NCBI GenBank assembly: GCA_963843375.1
Contig: CAWJKT010000009.1
Location: forward strand, 256,001 to 320,000
DNA from: an uncultured Pseudomonadota bacterium
GTDB lineage: Bacteria > Oederibacteriota > Muellerivitia > Muellerivitales > Muellerivitaceae
Reading direction: 5' to 3'
DNA: 64,000 nt
Every line of letters begins with the position of its first letter. Position 1 is the first letter of the stretch. Positions 27,191 through 37,696 of this stretch are shown one piece after another. Made by a program: the position numbers and the translations under genes. The notes beneath the pieces were generated by a model. The model made no database searches, was not told the DNA's origin, and saw only the letters and a list, made by a program, of their open reading frames with translations.

Positions 27191-27643
27191 ATGGAAAAAC
27201 CTGTTTTAAAAATCGAAGTATTGCCTGGCCAAGAAGATTTGGGCCTCCCCTCCTATGCCACCGAAGGCGCCGCGGGATTGGATTTAAAAGCGGCCTTGCC
27301 CGAACCGCTAACCTTGAAGCCGGGCGAAAGGGGAGTTGTTCCCACGGGACTTAAAATGGCCATACCCCAAGGGTTTGAAGGCTGTGTGCGGCCCCGCAGT
27401 GGACTGGCCATGAAGCAGGGATTGACCCTGACCAACGCGCCTGGAACCATTGATTCCGATTACCGGGGTGAGGTGAAAGTACTAGTCATCAATTTGGGCC
27501 AAGAGCCGGTGGTGTTGAAAAGGGGAGACCGAATCGCCCAGCTTCTCATTTCCCCCGTGGCCCAAGTCCAAGTGGTCAAGGTGGAACAGGTGAACGATAC
27601 GGTCCGTGGGACGGGCGGATTCGGTCATACGGGTATTCAATAA
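27191..27643 (+). CDS. dut: dUTPase
   Basis: AGLDL, RPRSGLA, GTIDSDYRGE, RGTGGFGHTG. Confidence 0.97.
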   Translation: MEKPVLKIEVLPGQEDLGLPSYATEGAAGLDLKAALPEPLTLKPGERGVVPTGLKMAIPQGFEGCVRPRSGLAMKQGLTLTNAPGTIDSDYRGEVKVLVINLGQEPVVLKRGDRIAQLLISPVAQVQVVKVEQVNDTVRGTGGFGHTGIQ

Positions 27644-27676
27644 AAATATCTTTAGCTGCGAAAGCGCGTCAAGACT

Positions 27677-28735
27677 ATGAAAAGCATGAACGATATCCGT
27701 CCCGTGGGATTTAACCTGGGAGGCTGGCTTTCCCAATCGACCCTTGAGGACAAACACACCAAAAGCTTTATCAAAAAAGAAGATTTCAAAATCATGGCGG
27801 ACTGGGGTTTTAATTCCGTGCGCCTGCCGGTGGATGGCGCCTGGCTTTTTGAGGATGGGGGACTGGGGGCCCTTTCCAAAAAACGGCTCGCCGTGTTGAA
27901 AAAAATTTTAAATTGGTCCAAAGAAGCCGGATTACTCACCATTCTGGATCTGCACCAGATTCCTTGGCATTCCTTCGCGAAGCCCGAACTTGAAAATTTG
28001 TGGAAAAACGAGGAAGATTTAGACACTTTTTGCCAAGCCTGGGTGGAGTTGGCCCACGCGCTAAAGAGGGTGGATACCCCGATCTGGTTTGATGTCTTGA
28101 ACGAACCGACGGCCCGAAATTCCGATGATTGGAACCACGTAGCTTCCCGAATTTATCGTGCTCTTCGCATGGAAGACCCGAAAAGGGTTGTGATGATCGA
28201 GTCCGCTTTTTGGGGTTCCGCCCTCCGGTTGAAGGATTTAGCCGAATCGGTCCAGGGTCCGAACTTGGTTTATAGTTTTCATTTTTATTTGCCAATGCTG
28301 ATCACGCATCAAAAGGCCCCCTGGTGGATGGACGGGAAGCCGTACCAAGAGGAAGTGTCTTACCCCGGGCCTATTCCGAAAGCCCAGGAATATCTGGCTG
28401 GTGATTTACCGCCGGGTACTCGGGAGATTTTGGCTTTCGAGAGCGGTCAGCCCTGGAATAAGGAACGGCTGCGGGAAACGCTTAAGCAAGTGGCCCAGTT
28501 ATCCAAGGAAGGAAACCGCCTTTATTGCGGGGAGTTCGGGGTCTTTGAAAAGGTGGCCCGGAAAACCCGGTTGAACTGGGTGAGTGATGTGGTAAGCCTG
28601 TTTTCCGAGATGAAAGTGGGTTGGGCCTATTGGAATTATAAGTGGCTGGATTTCGGGATTTGGCCCCCGGCAGGTGAGGGAAAAACGGGACCCTTGGACG
28701 AGGAAATGTTAAACCTATTGAAAGCGGGCACCTAA
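27677..28735 (+). CDS. Glycoside hydrolase family 5
   Basis: GFNLGGWLSQ, VRLPVD, LNEP, YCGEFG. Confidence 0.88.
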   Translation: MKSMNDIRPVGFNLGGWLSQSTLEDKHTKSFIKKEDFKIMADWGFNSVRLPVDGAWLFEDGGLGALSKKRLAVLKKILNWSKEAGLLTILDLHQIPWHSFAKPELENLWKNEEDLDTFCQAWVELAHALKRVDTPIWFDVLNEPTARNSDDWNHVASRIYRALRMEDPKRVVMIESAFWGSALRLKDLAESVQGPNLVYSFHFYLPMLITHQKAPWWMDGKPYQEEVSYPGPIPKAQEYLAGDLPPGTREILAFESGQPWNKERLRETLKQVAQLSKEGNRLYCGEFGVFEKVARKTRLNWVSDVVSLFSEMKVGWAYWNYKWLDFGIWPPAGEGKTGPLDEEMLNLLKAGT

Positions 28736-31054
28736 ATGAAATTTCGATTGGCTTTATTGGCAGCGGCCTTTTTGTTCGCGGGCTGCGGTGGACGGGAAAT
28801 GGTAAAAACAGGGGGAAATCCCCCGGCGGTGGCCACTCCCATTAGTTCGGGGACTCCCTTGGCTTCCGGGCCAACGGTGCCAACCTTGGTGGATTTAAAA
28901 ACCCCCGTAACGGACGCCGATTACCAACAAGCGGTTGCCGCGGTCGGGGCTTCTGATGTCGACCGGCATAACATCAACCAATTTCTCACCATCGCCCAAT
29001 ACCAATACAATCACGGTAATTTGGCGGACGCATTGAAGATCTATCAAAAGACCCTTTTGGCTACTCAAGCCGCTACGCAAGGGGACAAAGCCCAATATAT
29101 GGTCGGCCAAATTTATTATGAAAAGCAGGATTTTTTGCCGGCCCTGGCTTCTTTTCAAAATGTATTGTCCAACTACCCCCAATCAACCTATGCCATCCAG
29201 AGCCGGCAAATGATGGACTTCATGCTCAGTTATTCACTTAACTTGGAAGATTTGAAGCGTTACGTGGACAATTATCCCGATTCACCCCTGCAATGCTCGG
29301 CTCTTTTCCAACTGGGCAGTCACGAGGCTCAGGCGGGAATTCAAAACGATGCTATCGAACATTTAAACAAGTTCGTCCAGCAATGCCCCCAGCACCCCTC
29401 GGTGTCCGCCGCCCAGCTTATGCTCCAATCCATCCAAAGCCAGACGCAAGGAAAGACCTGGAAGATCGGCGTTATGATTCCCCGGACCGGACGTTTTCAG
29501 GGTTTTGGTGATTCGGTCCTGAATGGCATTACCTTAGCGGTAGAACAGGCCAACCAGTCCGGTGGTTCTAATAAACATATGGCAATTGTGGTAAAGGATA
29601 CGGGAAGCGAAGGCATGAAGGCGGTGACCGAATTCCAGGATTTGGTCAAAGACGACAGTCTGGACGCCATCATCGGTCCGATTGCCCCATCGGATATCCA
29701 GGCGGTGGCAGCCTTGGCCAACGAGAGGAGGATCACCATGATATGTCCCGCGGCCAGCCGGGAAGGCTTGTCGACCTTGGGACCTTACATCTTCAGCAAC
29801 AGCATGACCAATGAAATGCAGGGAAAAGCCATTGCCCAATACGCGATACAACGCTTGGGTTTCAAGCGGTTCGCCATTCTGGCCCCCGACGATCTTTATG
29901 GGCAGACCCTTTCGGAAAGCTTTCAAAAAACGGTGGGTTCCATGGGTGCCACCGTGTTGGCCTCCGAGACCTACATCCCCGGTTCAACGGATTTCAAAAA
30001 GCAGTTAGTGGATATGGGGGGACAGGACCCCGAATCATCCAAAGAAAACGACCGGGAAAACGCGCGGCGTCTAGATGAATTGAAGTACAACATTTCCAAG
30101 GAAGTGGGAAAGATTTTCCTGAAGGTCAAGGATTTGTCCAATGCCTCCGGGGTCGCAGCTACTACTACGCCGGTGGCGGCTTTTGTTCCATTGGTGGAAA
30201 GCCTTTCCAATACGATTTGCCCCTCGATCGTTGGGGACATCAATGCCGCAGTGAAGGACTCCTTGAAAAGCCAGACAAGCTATATCTTCCGGACCGACGA
30301 TATCATCAAACAATCCTTGCAACGGCTGCCGATAGAGCTGAAAGGGACAACCGTAACCGCTTCGGCGGACCAATGGGCTGAAGTGGCGCAGGACATGCAA
30401 GCCTCGTTGATCATTACCGGCCATATTCTGGAACCCACGCCGGAAAACGACTGGGGTGCCTATCCCGCCTGGGACTACAACGTCCATTTTGAGGCTTTTT
30501 GGATGGATCCCAATAAGAACGCCATGGTGAAAATCTACCAGAGCAAAATCCCCTATAGCGTTTTCAAGCCGGCGTCCATGATTCGCGGCAACAACGGCTA
30601 CCAGGCTCTTTATCTTCCGGCGCATTCAGCGGAAGTGCCCCTATTGGTTTCTCAAGTGCATTATTATGACTTAAGCCCGGTATTTTTGGGCGGCCACCTT
30701 TGGGACAATGACACGATATTGCAGGAGGGGGCCAAGGACATGGAAGGCTCCTATTTCGTGACGGGATTTTTCGTGGATAGCCAGCAGGGAACGGTCAAGA
30801 AGTTCGTGGACGATTACATGAACAAATTCGCTAAACGACCGGATTTGCTCGCGGCCCAGGCTTATGACGCGACCCGGTTGTTATTCCAAGCTGCAAACCT
30901 TTCCATGAACCGGGATGACATCCACAATAATCTCTTGCAGATCAAGGACTTCGACGGGGTCAGTGGTAAGACCAACTTCGGAGGCCAGGGCGAAGCGGAT
31001 AAACTGGTGCCAATACTGCAGATCAAAGACGGGAAGTACCAACAGGTTCAATAA
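28736..31054 (+). CDS. LpoA/LppC-like lipoprotein (TPR plus periplasmic binding fold)
   Basis: Lipobox FAGC; TPRs; KIGVMIPRTG; AAQAYDA; FDGVSG. Confidence 0.75.
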   Translation: MKFRLALLAAAFLFAGCGGREMVKTGGNPPAVATPISSGTPLASGPTVPTLVDLKTPVTDADYQQAVAAVGASDVDRHNINQFLTIAQYQYNHGNLADALKIYQKTLLATQAATQGDKAQYMVGQIYYEKQDFLPALASFQNVLSNYPQSTYAIQSRQMMDFMLSYSLNLEDLKRYVDNYPDSPLQCSALFQLGSHEAQAGIQNDAIEHLNKFVQQCPQHPSVSAAQLMLQSIQSQTQGKTWKIGVMIPRTGRFQGFGDSVLNGITLAVEQANQSGGSNKHMAIVVKDTGSEGMKAVTEFQDLVKDDSLDAIIGPIAPSDIQAVAALANERRITMICPAASREGLSTLGPYIFSNSMTNEMQGKAIAQYAIQRLGFKRFAILAPDDLYGQTLSESFQKTVGSMGATVLASETYIPGSTDFKKQLVDMGGQDPESSKENDRENARRLDELKYNISKEVGKIFLKVKDLSNASGVAATTTPVAAFVPLVESLSNTICPSIVGDINAAVKDSLKSQTSYIFRTDDIIKQSLQRLPIELKGTTVTASADQWAEVAQDMQASLIITGHILEPTPENDWGAYPAWDYNVHFEAFWMDPNKNAMVKIYQSKIPYSVFKPASMIRGNNGYQALYLPAHSAEVPLLVSQVHYYDLSPVFLGGHLWDNDTILQEGAKDMEGSYFVTGFFVDSQQGTVKKFVDDYMNKFAKRPDLLAAQAYDATRLLFQAANLSMNRDDIHNNLLQIKDFDGVSGKTNFGGQGEADKLVPILQIKDGKYQQVQ

Positions 31055-31209
31055 AATTTAATCGCTATTATTGCATGTGCCATTTTATGCGGAGAAACAA
31101 CCTCGGTTCATAGGTGGTTTTTTTAGTTTGGAATTGCTGTTGGTTGACGTTTTGATACGGTCTCTTATACTCAATTCAATAGAATGAGAAGCCAGATAAA
31201 GGTTTAGAA

Positions 31210-31380
31210 ATGCCAAAAATTTTAGTAGAAATACCAAGCAGGTATTTGAAACCCCTGGATAAAATAGCCCAGCAAAAAAAAACCACACGTCATGAATTGA
31301 TTCTAAATGCTATCCGAATCTGCTTTAGGCCCAAGAAGACTTCTGAGGGATTTTTAGGAAAACGAAAAGATGGCAGATAA
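31210..31380 (+). CDS. Small RHH/CopG-like protein (56 aa, absent from the ORF track)
   Basis: MPKILVEIPSRYLKPLDKIAQQKKTTRHELILNAI; overlaps the hisS start. Confidence 0.55.
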   Translation: MPKILVEIPSRYLKPLDKIAQQKKTTRHELILNAIRICFRPKKTSEGFLGKRKDGR

Positions 31381-32818
31381 CACCAAATTCGGCCCGCCCA
31401 AGGGCATGCGCGACTGGCTTCCACAGGAAACTCTCTTGCGCCAAAAGCTTATCCGACTAATCGAATCCCATTACCAGCTTTATGGATTCCAGCCGATTGA
31501 TACGCCCGTTATGGAAAACATTGAAGTTCTGCAGGGGAAGGGCGGGGGCGAGAATGAGAAGTTGATGTTTAAGATCGAAAAAAGGGGAGAAGAGCTTACT
31601 TCGGTTCTCCAAGCGTTCATGGAGAGTGCTGGAACCGAAAATGAAAAGCAAGCCGAAGCCCAGTTGAAATTGAAAAACGATATTACCGACATGGGTCTTC
31701 GCTTTGACCTCACGGTTCCCCTGGCCCGCTACTATGCCAACCACGCCAATGAGTTGCCCAAGCCGTTGCGTTGTTATCACATCGGCCCTGTCTGGCGGGC
31801 GGACAAACCCCAGAGGGGCAGGTATCGTGAGTTCTATCAGTGCGATATCGATATTATCGGGGGTTCCTCGGATGCCTATGAAGTGGAACTACTACTTGCT
31901 ACCGATCGAGTCTTAAAAGAATTAAATATTGGAAAGTTCCGAATTCGTATAAGTAGTAAAGAACTTATGCCGTTTTGGCTTTGGTTAAATGGAGTTTATC
32001 CTGGGAGCAATGAGCGGGCTCAAGAGATTTGCTTGATTTTGGATAAAGTTGATAAGAAAGATATTGACGAAATATTTAATGAGCTGATGCCAATAATGCC
32101 AGAAGAACAACTTCGAGGGTTGAAAAAAATTATACTTGATTCGAAAAACGGACAAGTGATTTCAAAAGATAGAATGATGGAACGGTTCTACAATGGTGAT
32201 AAAGATCTGGTTCTTGAGGAGAAGTTTTCTGAATTATTGAATCGGATTTTAGGGATCGTTTTGCGTGTTAAAGAAGTTAATCCTGATGCTAATGTTGTTT
32301 TTGATCCTATATTGATGCGTGGTTTTGACTATTACACTGGGCCAGTATTTGAGATCAACGTAGAAGACAAGGATTTTAACTTCTCCATTGGGGGCGGGGG
32401 CCGATACGATGGACTAATTGAAAAGTTAGGAGGGCCCAAGAATACACCAGCGGTCGGGATTTCTCTGGGCTTCGAACGAATTTTGCTCGTTCTGGCAGAA
32501 AAGAGGAAGTCTGAAACCCAAGCACGTTATTCAAGGGTATTTATCGTCAATAACGGTCAATCCGAAAAAGATATTCTGGCCCTTGGGGAGCAGTTGCGTT
32601 CGGAGGGTATTCAGGTGGAAACATCCCTGGAAAACAAGAAGATCGGTCAGCAGTTGGAAGCCGCACAAAAAAGCGGGATCGAGTATGCCATCATCGAATT
32701 CCAACCCGGCCACAAATCCTTCAAAGTTCGCCAACTTTCCACAAGACAAGACCGGGAAATGCCATTAGCGGAGCTTTACGACATCATGAAACGTCTTTCC
32801 CAAGGCGTGGATGATTAA
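31370..32818 (+). CDS. hisS: Histidyl-tRNA synthetase
   Basis: PKGMRDW, LRFDLTVP, GRYREFYQCD, RGFDYYTG, GGGRYD. Confidence 0.96.
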   Translation: MADNTKFGPPKGMRDWLPQETLLRQKLIRLIESHYQLYGFQPIDTPVMENIEVLQGKGGGENEKLMFKIEKRGEELTSVLQAFMESAGTENEKQAEAQLKLKNDITDMGLRFDLTVPLARYYANHANELPKPLRCYHIGPVWRADKPQRGRYREFYQCDIDIIGGSSDAYEVELLLATDRVLKELNIGKFRIRISSKELMPFWLWLNGVYPGSNERAQEICLILDKVDKKDIDEIFNELMPIMPEEQLRGLKKIILDSKNGQVISKDRMMERFYNGDKDLVLEEKFSELLNRILGIVLRVKEVNPDANVVFDPILMRGFDYYTGPVFEINVEDKDFNFSIGGGGRYDGLIEKLGGPKNTPAVGISLGFERILLVLAEKRKSETQARYSRVFIVNNGQSEKDILALGEQLRSEGIQVETSLENKKIGQQLEAAQKSGIEYAIIEFQPGHKSFKVRQLSTRQDREMPLAELYDIMKRLSQGVDD

Positions 32819-32899
32819 ATCGATGTATTGAGCGGTTAAAAAGTTGTGTTATTATACGGCTCCTTTTAGGGGCCTTTTTCATTTACAGGAGTTACGAAC

Positions 32900-34690
32900 G
32901 TGGCGGAAATGCTTGGCGGTTGGAAAAGATCACATAAATGCGGCGACTTGCGGGCGTCGGATGTCGGTAAAACCGTCACTCTGATGGGCTGGGTACACCA
33001 CCGCCGGGACCATGGCGGCTTGGTATTCGTGGATTTGCGCGACCGTTACGGCGTGACTCAAATCGTGTTTGACCCACAATTGGCCGATAGGGTTCATAAA
33101 CAATCCCATCTCATTCGCAACGAATGGGTTTTAGCTGTCAAAGGCGAAGTGACCAAACGCCCCGAAGGCACTATCAATAACAAAATTGCCACCGGTGAGA
33201 TTGAAATCCGGTGTACCGAAGTGAAGGTTCTGAACGAGTCTCAAACCCCGGTGTTTCCCATTGAGGACGACGTGGATGTTGCCGAAGAAACCCGCATGGA
33301 ATATCGCTATCTCGATTTGCGCCGCGAGTCCATGAAGGGAAAATTGATTGCCCGCCATAAGATGTCAATGGCCGCGCGCAATTACATGAGCGATGAAGGT
33401 TTTCTTGAAATTGAGACGCCGATCCTGATCAAGAATACCCCGGAAGGTTCCCGCGAATATGTGGTGCCGAGCCGTGTTAACCCGGGAAAGTTTTTCGTTC
33501 TTCCTCAGAGTCCCCAGCAATTAAAGCAGACCTGCATGATCGCGGGCTTGGACAAGTATTTCCAAGTCGCAAAGTGTTTTCGGGATGAGGACCTGCGCGC
33601 CGATCGCCAGCCCGAATTTACCCAGATCGACTGGGAAATGTCCTTCATCGATGAGGAGGATATCTACCGGGTCGGGGAAGGTCTCATGAAGGCCATTTTT
33701 AAAGGCGCTTTGGGTGAGGACTTGAAAACCCCTTTTCCCCGTTTGACCTATGCCGAGGCGCTCGGGCGTTACGGAAACGACAAGCCGGACCTTCGTTTTG
33801 ACCTTCCTTTGGTGGATGTCACCGCCATCGCGGCCAAGTCCGATTTCAAGGTGTTTAAGGACGTTATATCCCGTGGCGATGTCGTCAAGGCCCTGAACGC
33901 CAAGGGCTGCGCGGATTTCTCCCGCAAGGATATGGACGACCTGACGGCTTTTGTCGGGAAATACGGGGCCAAGGGAATGGCCTGGTTTAAAGTCAAGGAC
34001 GCAAAGCTGGATTCCAATATCACCAAGTATTTTTCGCCCGAGGTTCAAACCGAATTGTTGAAAGAACTCAAGGGTGAGGAAGGCGATCTCTTCCTTTTTG
34101 GGGCGGATCAATTAGCTACCGTGAACGAATCATTGGGAGCGCTTCGGGTGGAAATTGCCCGCCGAAAGGGTTTAATCGAAAAGGGTGCCAAGTGGGCCTT
34201 TACCTGGGTAACGGACTTCCCCATGTTCGGCAAGGACGAGAAGGGAAGGCTTTACTCTATGAACCATCCTTTCACCGCGCCCCGGGAAAAGGATGCGCCC
34301 CTCCTGGATACCGATCCGACCCAGGTGACGGCCCGGGCTTATGACATGGTTTTAAATGGTTTTGAATTGGGCAGCGGTACAATCCGCATCCATGATTCCG
34401 CCATGCAATCCAAGATATTCAGCCTGCTGGATATCTCCCCGGAAAAAGCACAGGAGCGATTCGGCTTTTTACTCAAGGCCTTAACCTTTGGAGCCCCTCC
34501 CCACGGGGGGATGGCTGTTGGATTGGACCGCATCGCCATGCTTTTGACAGGCGCGCCAAACATCCGGGACGTCATTGCCTTCCCCAAAACAGCCAAGGCC
34601 ACCGACCTTATGACCGGTTCACCTTCCGAAATTGATGAGGAGTTGATGAAGGAGCTCAAGATCAAGATCGAGCTGGAAGATCTTACCTAA
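32900..34690 (+). CDS. aspS: Aspartyl-tRNA synthetase
   Basis: RRDHGG..FVDLRD, LPQSPQ, FRDEDLRADRQPEFTQ, GAPPHGG. Confidence 0.97.
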   Translation: MAEMLGGWKRSHKCGDLRASDVGKTVTLMGWVHHRRDHGGLVFVDLRDRYGVTQIVFDPQLADRVHKQSHLIRNEWVLAVKGEVTKRPEGTINNKIATGEIEIRCTEVKVLNESQTPVFPIEDDVDVAEETRMEYRYLDLRRESMKGKLIARHKMSMAARNYMSDEGFLEIETPILIKNTPEGSREYVVPSRVNPGKFFVLPQSPQQLKQTCMIAGLDKYFQVAKCFRDEDLRADRQPEFTQIDWEMSFIDEEDIYRVGEGLMKAIFKGALGEDLKTPFPRLTYAEALGRYGNDKPDLRFDLPLVDVTAIAAKSDFKVFKDVISRGDVVKALNAKGCADFSRKDMDDLTAFVGKYGAKGMAWFKVKDAKLDSNITKYFSPEVQTELLKELKGEEGDLFLFGADQLATVNESLGALRVEIARRKGLIEKGAKWAFTWVTDFPMFGKDEKGRLYSMNHPFTAPREKDAPLLDTDPTQVTARAYDMVLNGFELGSGTIRIHDSAMQSKIFSLLDISPEKAQERFGFLLKALTFGAPPHGGMAVGLDRIAMLLTGAPNIRDVIAFPKTAKATDLMTGSPSEIDEELMKELKIKIELEDLT

Positions 34691-36861
34691 ATCAGCTTGA
34701 TTTGGAATGACTCGCAATAAAAGGGCTTATTCACTGCTCGGAAGGATTTTGGCAACCAGCCTTCCCTCATCAGTTTCTTTCCTTTGAATTTCGATTTCTC
34801 GCCTTGAATTTCATATTTCTTCGTTGGATTTAACCCGCGTAAACGAATAGGTCTGGCCTTTACTCCTTTTTTAAAAGGCTTCACCTGGAACACAAAAAGC
34901 AGGGCCTCCGTTTGGGTATCGTTGACGAACATCCAGGAAGCACGATTGGAATCGTAGGGGCTTTCCAGACGGTGAAAATCCCCGAATTGAACCAAGGGCC
35001 GGATTCTCTTGTATTGGACGATATAACCGATCACCTCTTTTTTCTCCTTCGCTGTCCACTTTGTCACATCCAATTCCAAACCGAAGTTTCCGGACATCGC
35101 CATCAGAGCCCGCCATTTTAGGGGGGTCTCCCGCTTCGTAATGTGATTAGGGGAGGCCGCGATATGGGCACCTTGGGTAATGGGGGGATAGCAAAATCCG
35201 GTGCCATATTGGATGAAAAGCCGGTCCAGACCGTCGCTGTTATCCGAAGTCCAGATTTGGGGATGATAACTTAGTATTCCAAGGTCAAAACGGGCCCCGC
35301 CGCCCGCGCAACCCTCAAAAAGGATATGGGGAAACCTCTTGTTGAAGCGGTCCATCAGTTCGTAAACCCCGAACATGTAGCGATGGCAAAGCTCGGTTTG
35401 ACGGTCGGGGGACAGGACTTCGTTGCCCACCTCGGTGAGGGCGCGGTTCATGTCCCATTTCACATAGTCGACCTTAGCTTCCTCCAGCACCTTGCCGATC
35501 GTGTCGAAAAGATAATCCCTGATTTCCTTGCGACTCATGTCCAAGACTAATTGGGTTCGGAAAGTCAGGCGTTCCCGGCCCGGCACATGGAGGCACCAGT
35601 CGGGATGCTGTTCGTAAAGTTTGCTTTTCGGGGAGATCATTTCGGGTTCGATCCAAAGGCCGAACTTCATCCCCAGAGCCTGGATGTCTTCCGCCAGGGC
35701 CTTTATCCCCTTAGGCAGTTTCTTTCTGTCCTCAAACCAATCGCCCAGGGAACTGTCGTCCTTGTCCCTTTCCCCGAACCAGCCGTCATCCAAAACCATG
35801 AGTTCCACGCCCATTTCCCCGGCGGTTTTGGCGATGCGCAGGATGTCATCATGATTAAAGTTGAAATAAGTGGCTTCCCAATTGTTGATCAGGATGGGCC
35901 GGGGTTTGTCCCGCCATTCGCCCCGGGTTACGCGTTTGCGGATGAAGGGATGGAAGTTGCGGCTTAACCCGCTAAAACCCGTTTTGGAATAGGTCATGAC
36001 GCATTCGGGGGTGAAAAAGGATTTTCCCGGTTCCAGACGCCATTTAAAATCAAAGTCATTTAGGCCCATGCCTAACCGCAGCCATCCGTTGCGTTGAATT
36101 TCCGCTTCCAAAACCCAATTTCCGCTATAAGCCAGGGCCAGGCCGTAAACTTCGCCTTTTTCCTCGTCCGCCCCGCCCCGGGCGACCATGACATAAGGGT
36201 TCATTTCGTGGGAGGAAATACCGCGGCGGCTTTCCAGCCGAACGGTTCCTTGCAGGAGGGTCTGCTTTTGGAGGCGGCGTTCATGGGCCCAAGCGCCCGG
36301 AAAACTGATGAGTTGGTAATCACCCTCAGGTAGGTCGATTCCGGTGCTCATGAGTTTCAGGACATGGATGGTTTCAGATCCGTTATTTTGAAGAGCGGCC
36401 CGCTTGACCAAGATTCCCCATTCGGGATAGAGAGTGTAATAAAGGGTGAGATCGATGTTTTTGAATTCATCCCGCAAAATTATTCGAAGGGTTTCCGCTT
36501 CCAAGGAATTCTCCACGTAAGAACAAGGTCCCTCAAAGACGGGCTTTCCGGGAATGATTTCATGGGACAGGTAAGTGAAGTGGCTGATACGGGAACCATC
36601 CGAATGTTCCAGGCGAAAAGCCGGGTTCCGAAGGTCGTTGTGACCGAAATCGGGGAATTCGCGGCGTTGGTTTTCCATGATGACGGTTGATTCGGAGGTT
36701 CGGGTTCTCCATTCGGTTAGCAGCTTTATCAAGGCGTGCGGTGAAAGAGAAGGGCCCCAATGGAGGTGATGCAAATCGCCCTTGGGGGATATTCCAAGGA
36801 CGTAATAAAAACTTCCGTCCTCGATGAGGAAATAGTTTTGGTCTTGGTTGAAAGTGATCAT
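34687..36861 (-). CDS. Alpha-galactosidase GH36
   Basis: NNWEATYF, LDDGWFG, FGLWIEPEM, YVKWDMNR. Confidence 0.93.
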   Translation of the reverse strand: MITFNQDQNYFLIEDGSFYYVLGISPKGDLHHLHWGPSLSPHALIKLLTEWRTRTSESTVIMENQRREFPDFGHNDLRNPAFRLEHSDGSRISHFTYLSHEIIPGKPVFEGPCSYVENSLEAETLRIILRDEFKNIDLTLYYTLYPEWGILVKRAALQNNGSETIHVLKLMSTGIDLPEGDYQLISFPGAWAHERRLQKQTLLQGTVRLESRRGISSHEMNPYVMVARGGADEEKGEVYGLALAYSGNWVLEAEIQRNGWLRLGMGLNDFDFKWRLEPGKSFFTPECVMTYSKTGFSGLSRNFHPFIRKRVTRGEWRDKPRPILINNWEATYFNFNHDDILRIAKTAGEMGVELMVLDDGWFGERDKDDSSLGDWFEDRKKLPKGIKALAEDIQALGMKFGLWIEPEMISPKSKLYEQHPDWCLHVPGRERLTFRTQLVLDMSRKEIRDYLFDTIGKVLEEAKVDYVKWDMNRALTEVGNEVLSPDRQTELCHRYMFGVYELMDRFNKRFPHILFEGCAGGGARFDLGILSYHPQIWTSDNSDGLDRLFIQYGTGFCYPPITQGAHIAASPNHITKRETPLKWRALMAMSGNFGLELDVTKWTAKEKKEVIGYIVQYKRIRPLVQFGDFHRLESPYDSNRASWMFVNDTQTEALLFVFQVKPFKKGVKARPIRLRGLNPTKKYEIQGEKSKFKGKKLMREGWLPKSFRAVNKPFYCESFQIKLI

Positions 36862-37047
36862 GATGTCCGGATGGTTTAGGTTGGAGGAATTTTAACCCAT
36901 GAACGTTTCAAGTTAAATAAACCCTTTTCCCTTTAAAGTGTTCTTTTCATGCCCTTTCACGATGCCTGCACTCGGCCTTGACGAGTTCTTTATTTGCTTC
37001 GATAATGATTCACGCGGTGGTTGAAACTACCCAAGGGGGCATAAGCA

Positions 37048-37593
37048 ATGAAATATTCGAAAATACTATTGGTTGCCGCGGTTATGGCCGGTTTTGTTGT
37101 GACCGGATGTACCGGACAAAAAAGGGTTGAAGGAACCGAAGTACCCACCCAACCCCAAACCAATGACGTAACCATGCCGGCCCAAGCCATGCCGGAGGCT
37201 CCGCCCGCCCCCGAAGTGCCACCCGCGCCTGAGGCCCCGCCCGCCATGGCCGTTGCCACACCCGTCCCAACCGAAGCCCCGGCTCCTCCGCCGCCCCCGC
37301 CGGTTGCGACTGAGAAGGCTCTTGAGAAGTATATCGTGGTCAAGGGTGACACCCTTTGGGGCATCTCGGGCATGTCGATCATTTATAAGGATAATTTCCA
37401 ATGGCCTTTGCTCTTCAAGGAGAACAGGGATCAAATCAAAGATCCGGATTTAATCTATCCCAAACAGGAATTCCTGATTCGAAGGGATTGGACCCAGGAA
37501 GACCTGGATAAAGCCCACAAGGACGCGAATGACACTCCGAAGTATGTGCCTCACACCGCTCCGCGTGAAACCTTGCCGGTGGATTATTTCTGA
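37048..37593 (+). CDS. LysM-domain lipoprotein
   Basis: Lipobox VTGC; Pro-rich linker; YIVVKGDTLWGIS...IKDPDLIYP. Confidence 0.88.
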   Translation: MKYSKILLVAAVMAGFVVTGCTGQKRVEGTEVPTQPQTNDVTMPAQAMPEAPPAPEVPPAPEAPPAMAVATPVPTEAPAPPPPPPVATEKALEKYIVVKGDTLWGISGMSIIYKDNFQWPLLFKENRDQIKDPDLIYPKQEFLIRRDWTQEDLDKAHKDANDTPKYVPHTAPRETLPVDYF

Positions 37594-37632
37594 GTTGGGC
37601 GGCATTCAAGAATTTTAAGTTTGAAATTTAAA

Positions 37633-37670
37633 GACTCCCTTTTCTTGTGATCTAAGGAAAGGGAGTTTTT
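37633..37670 (+). terminator. Rho-independent terminator
   Basis: ACTCCCTTT...AAAGGGAGT followed by a T run. Confidence 0.75.
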
Positions 37671-37696
37671 GTTTATTTGGCATTTATCCGCTTTAG

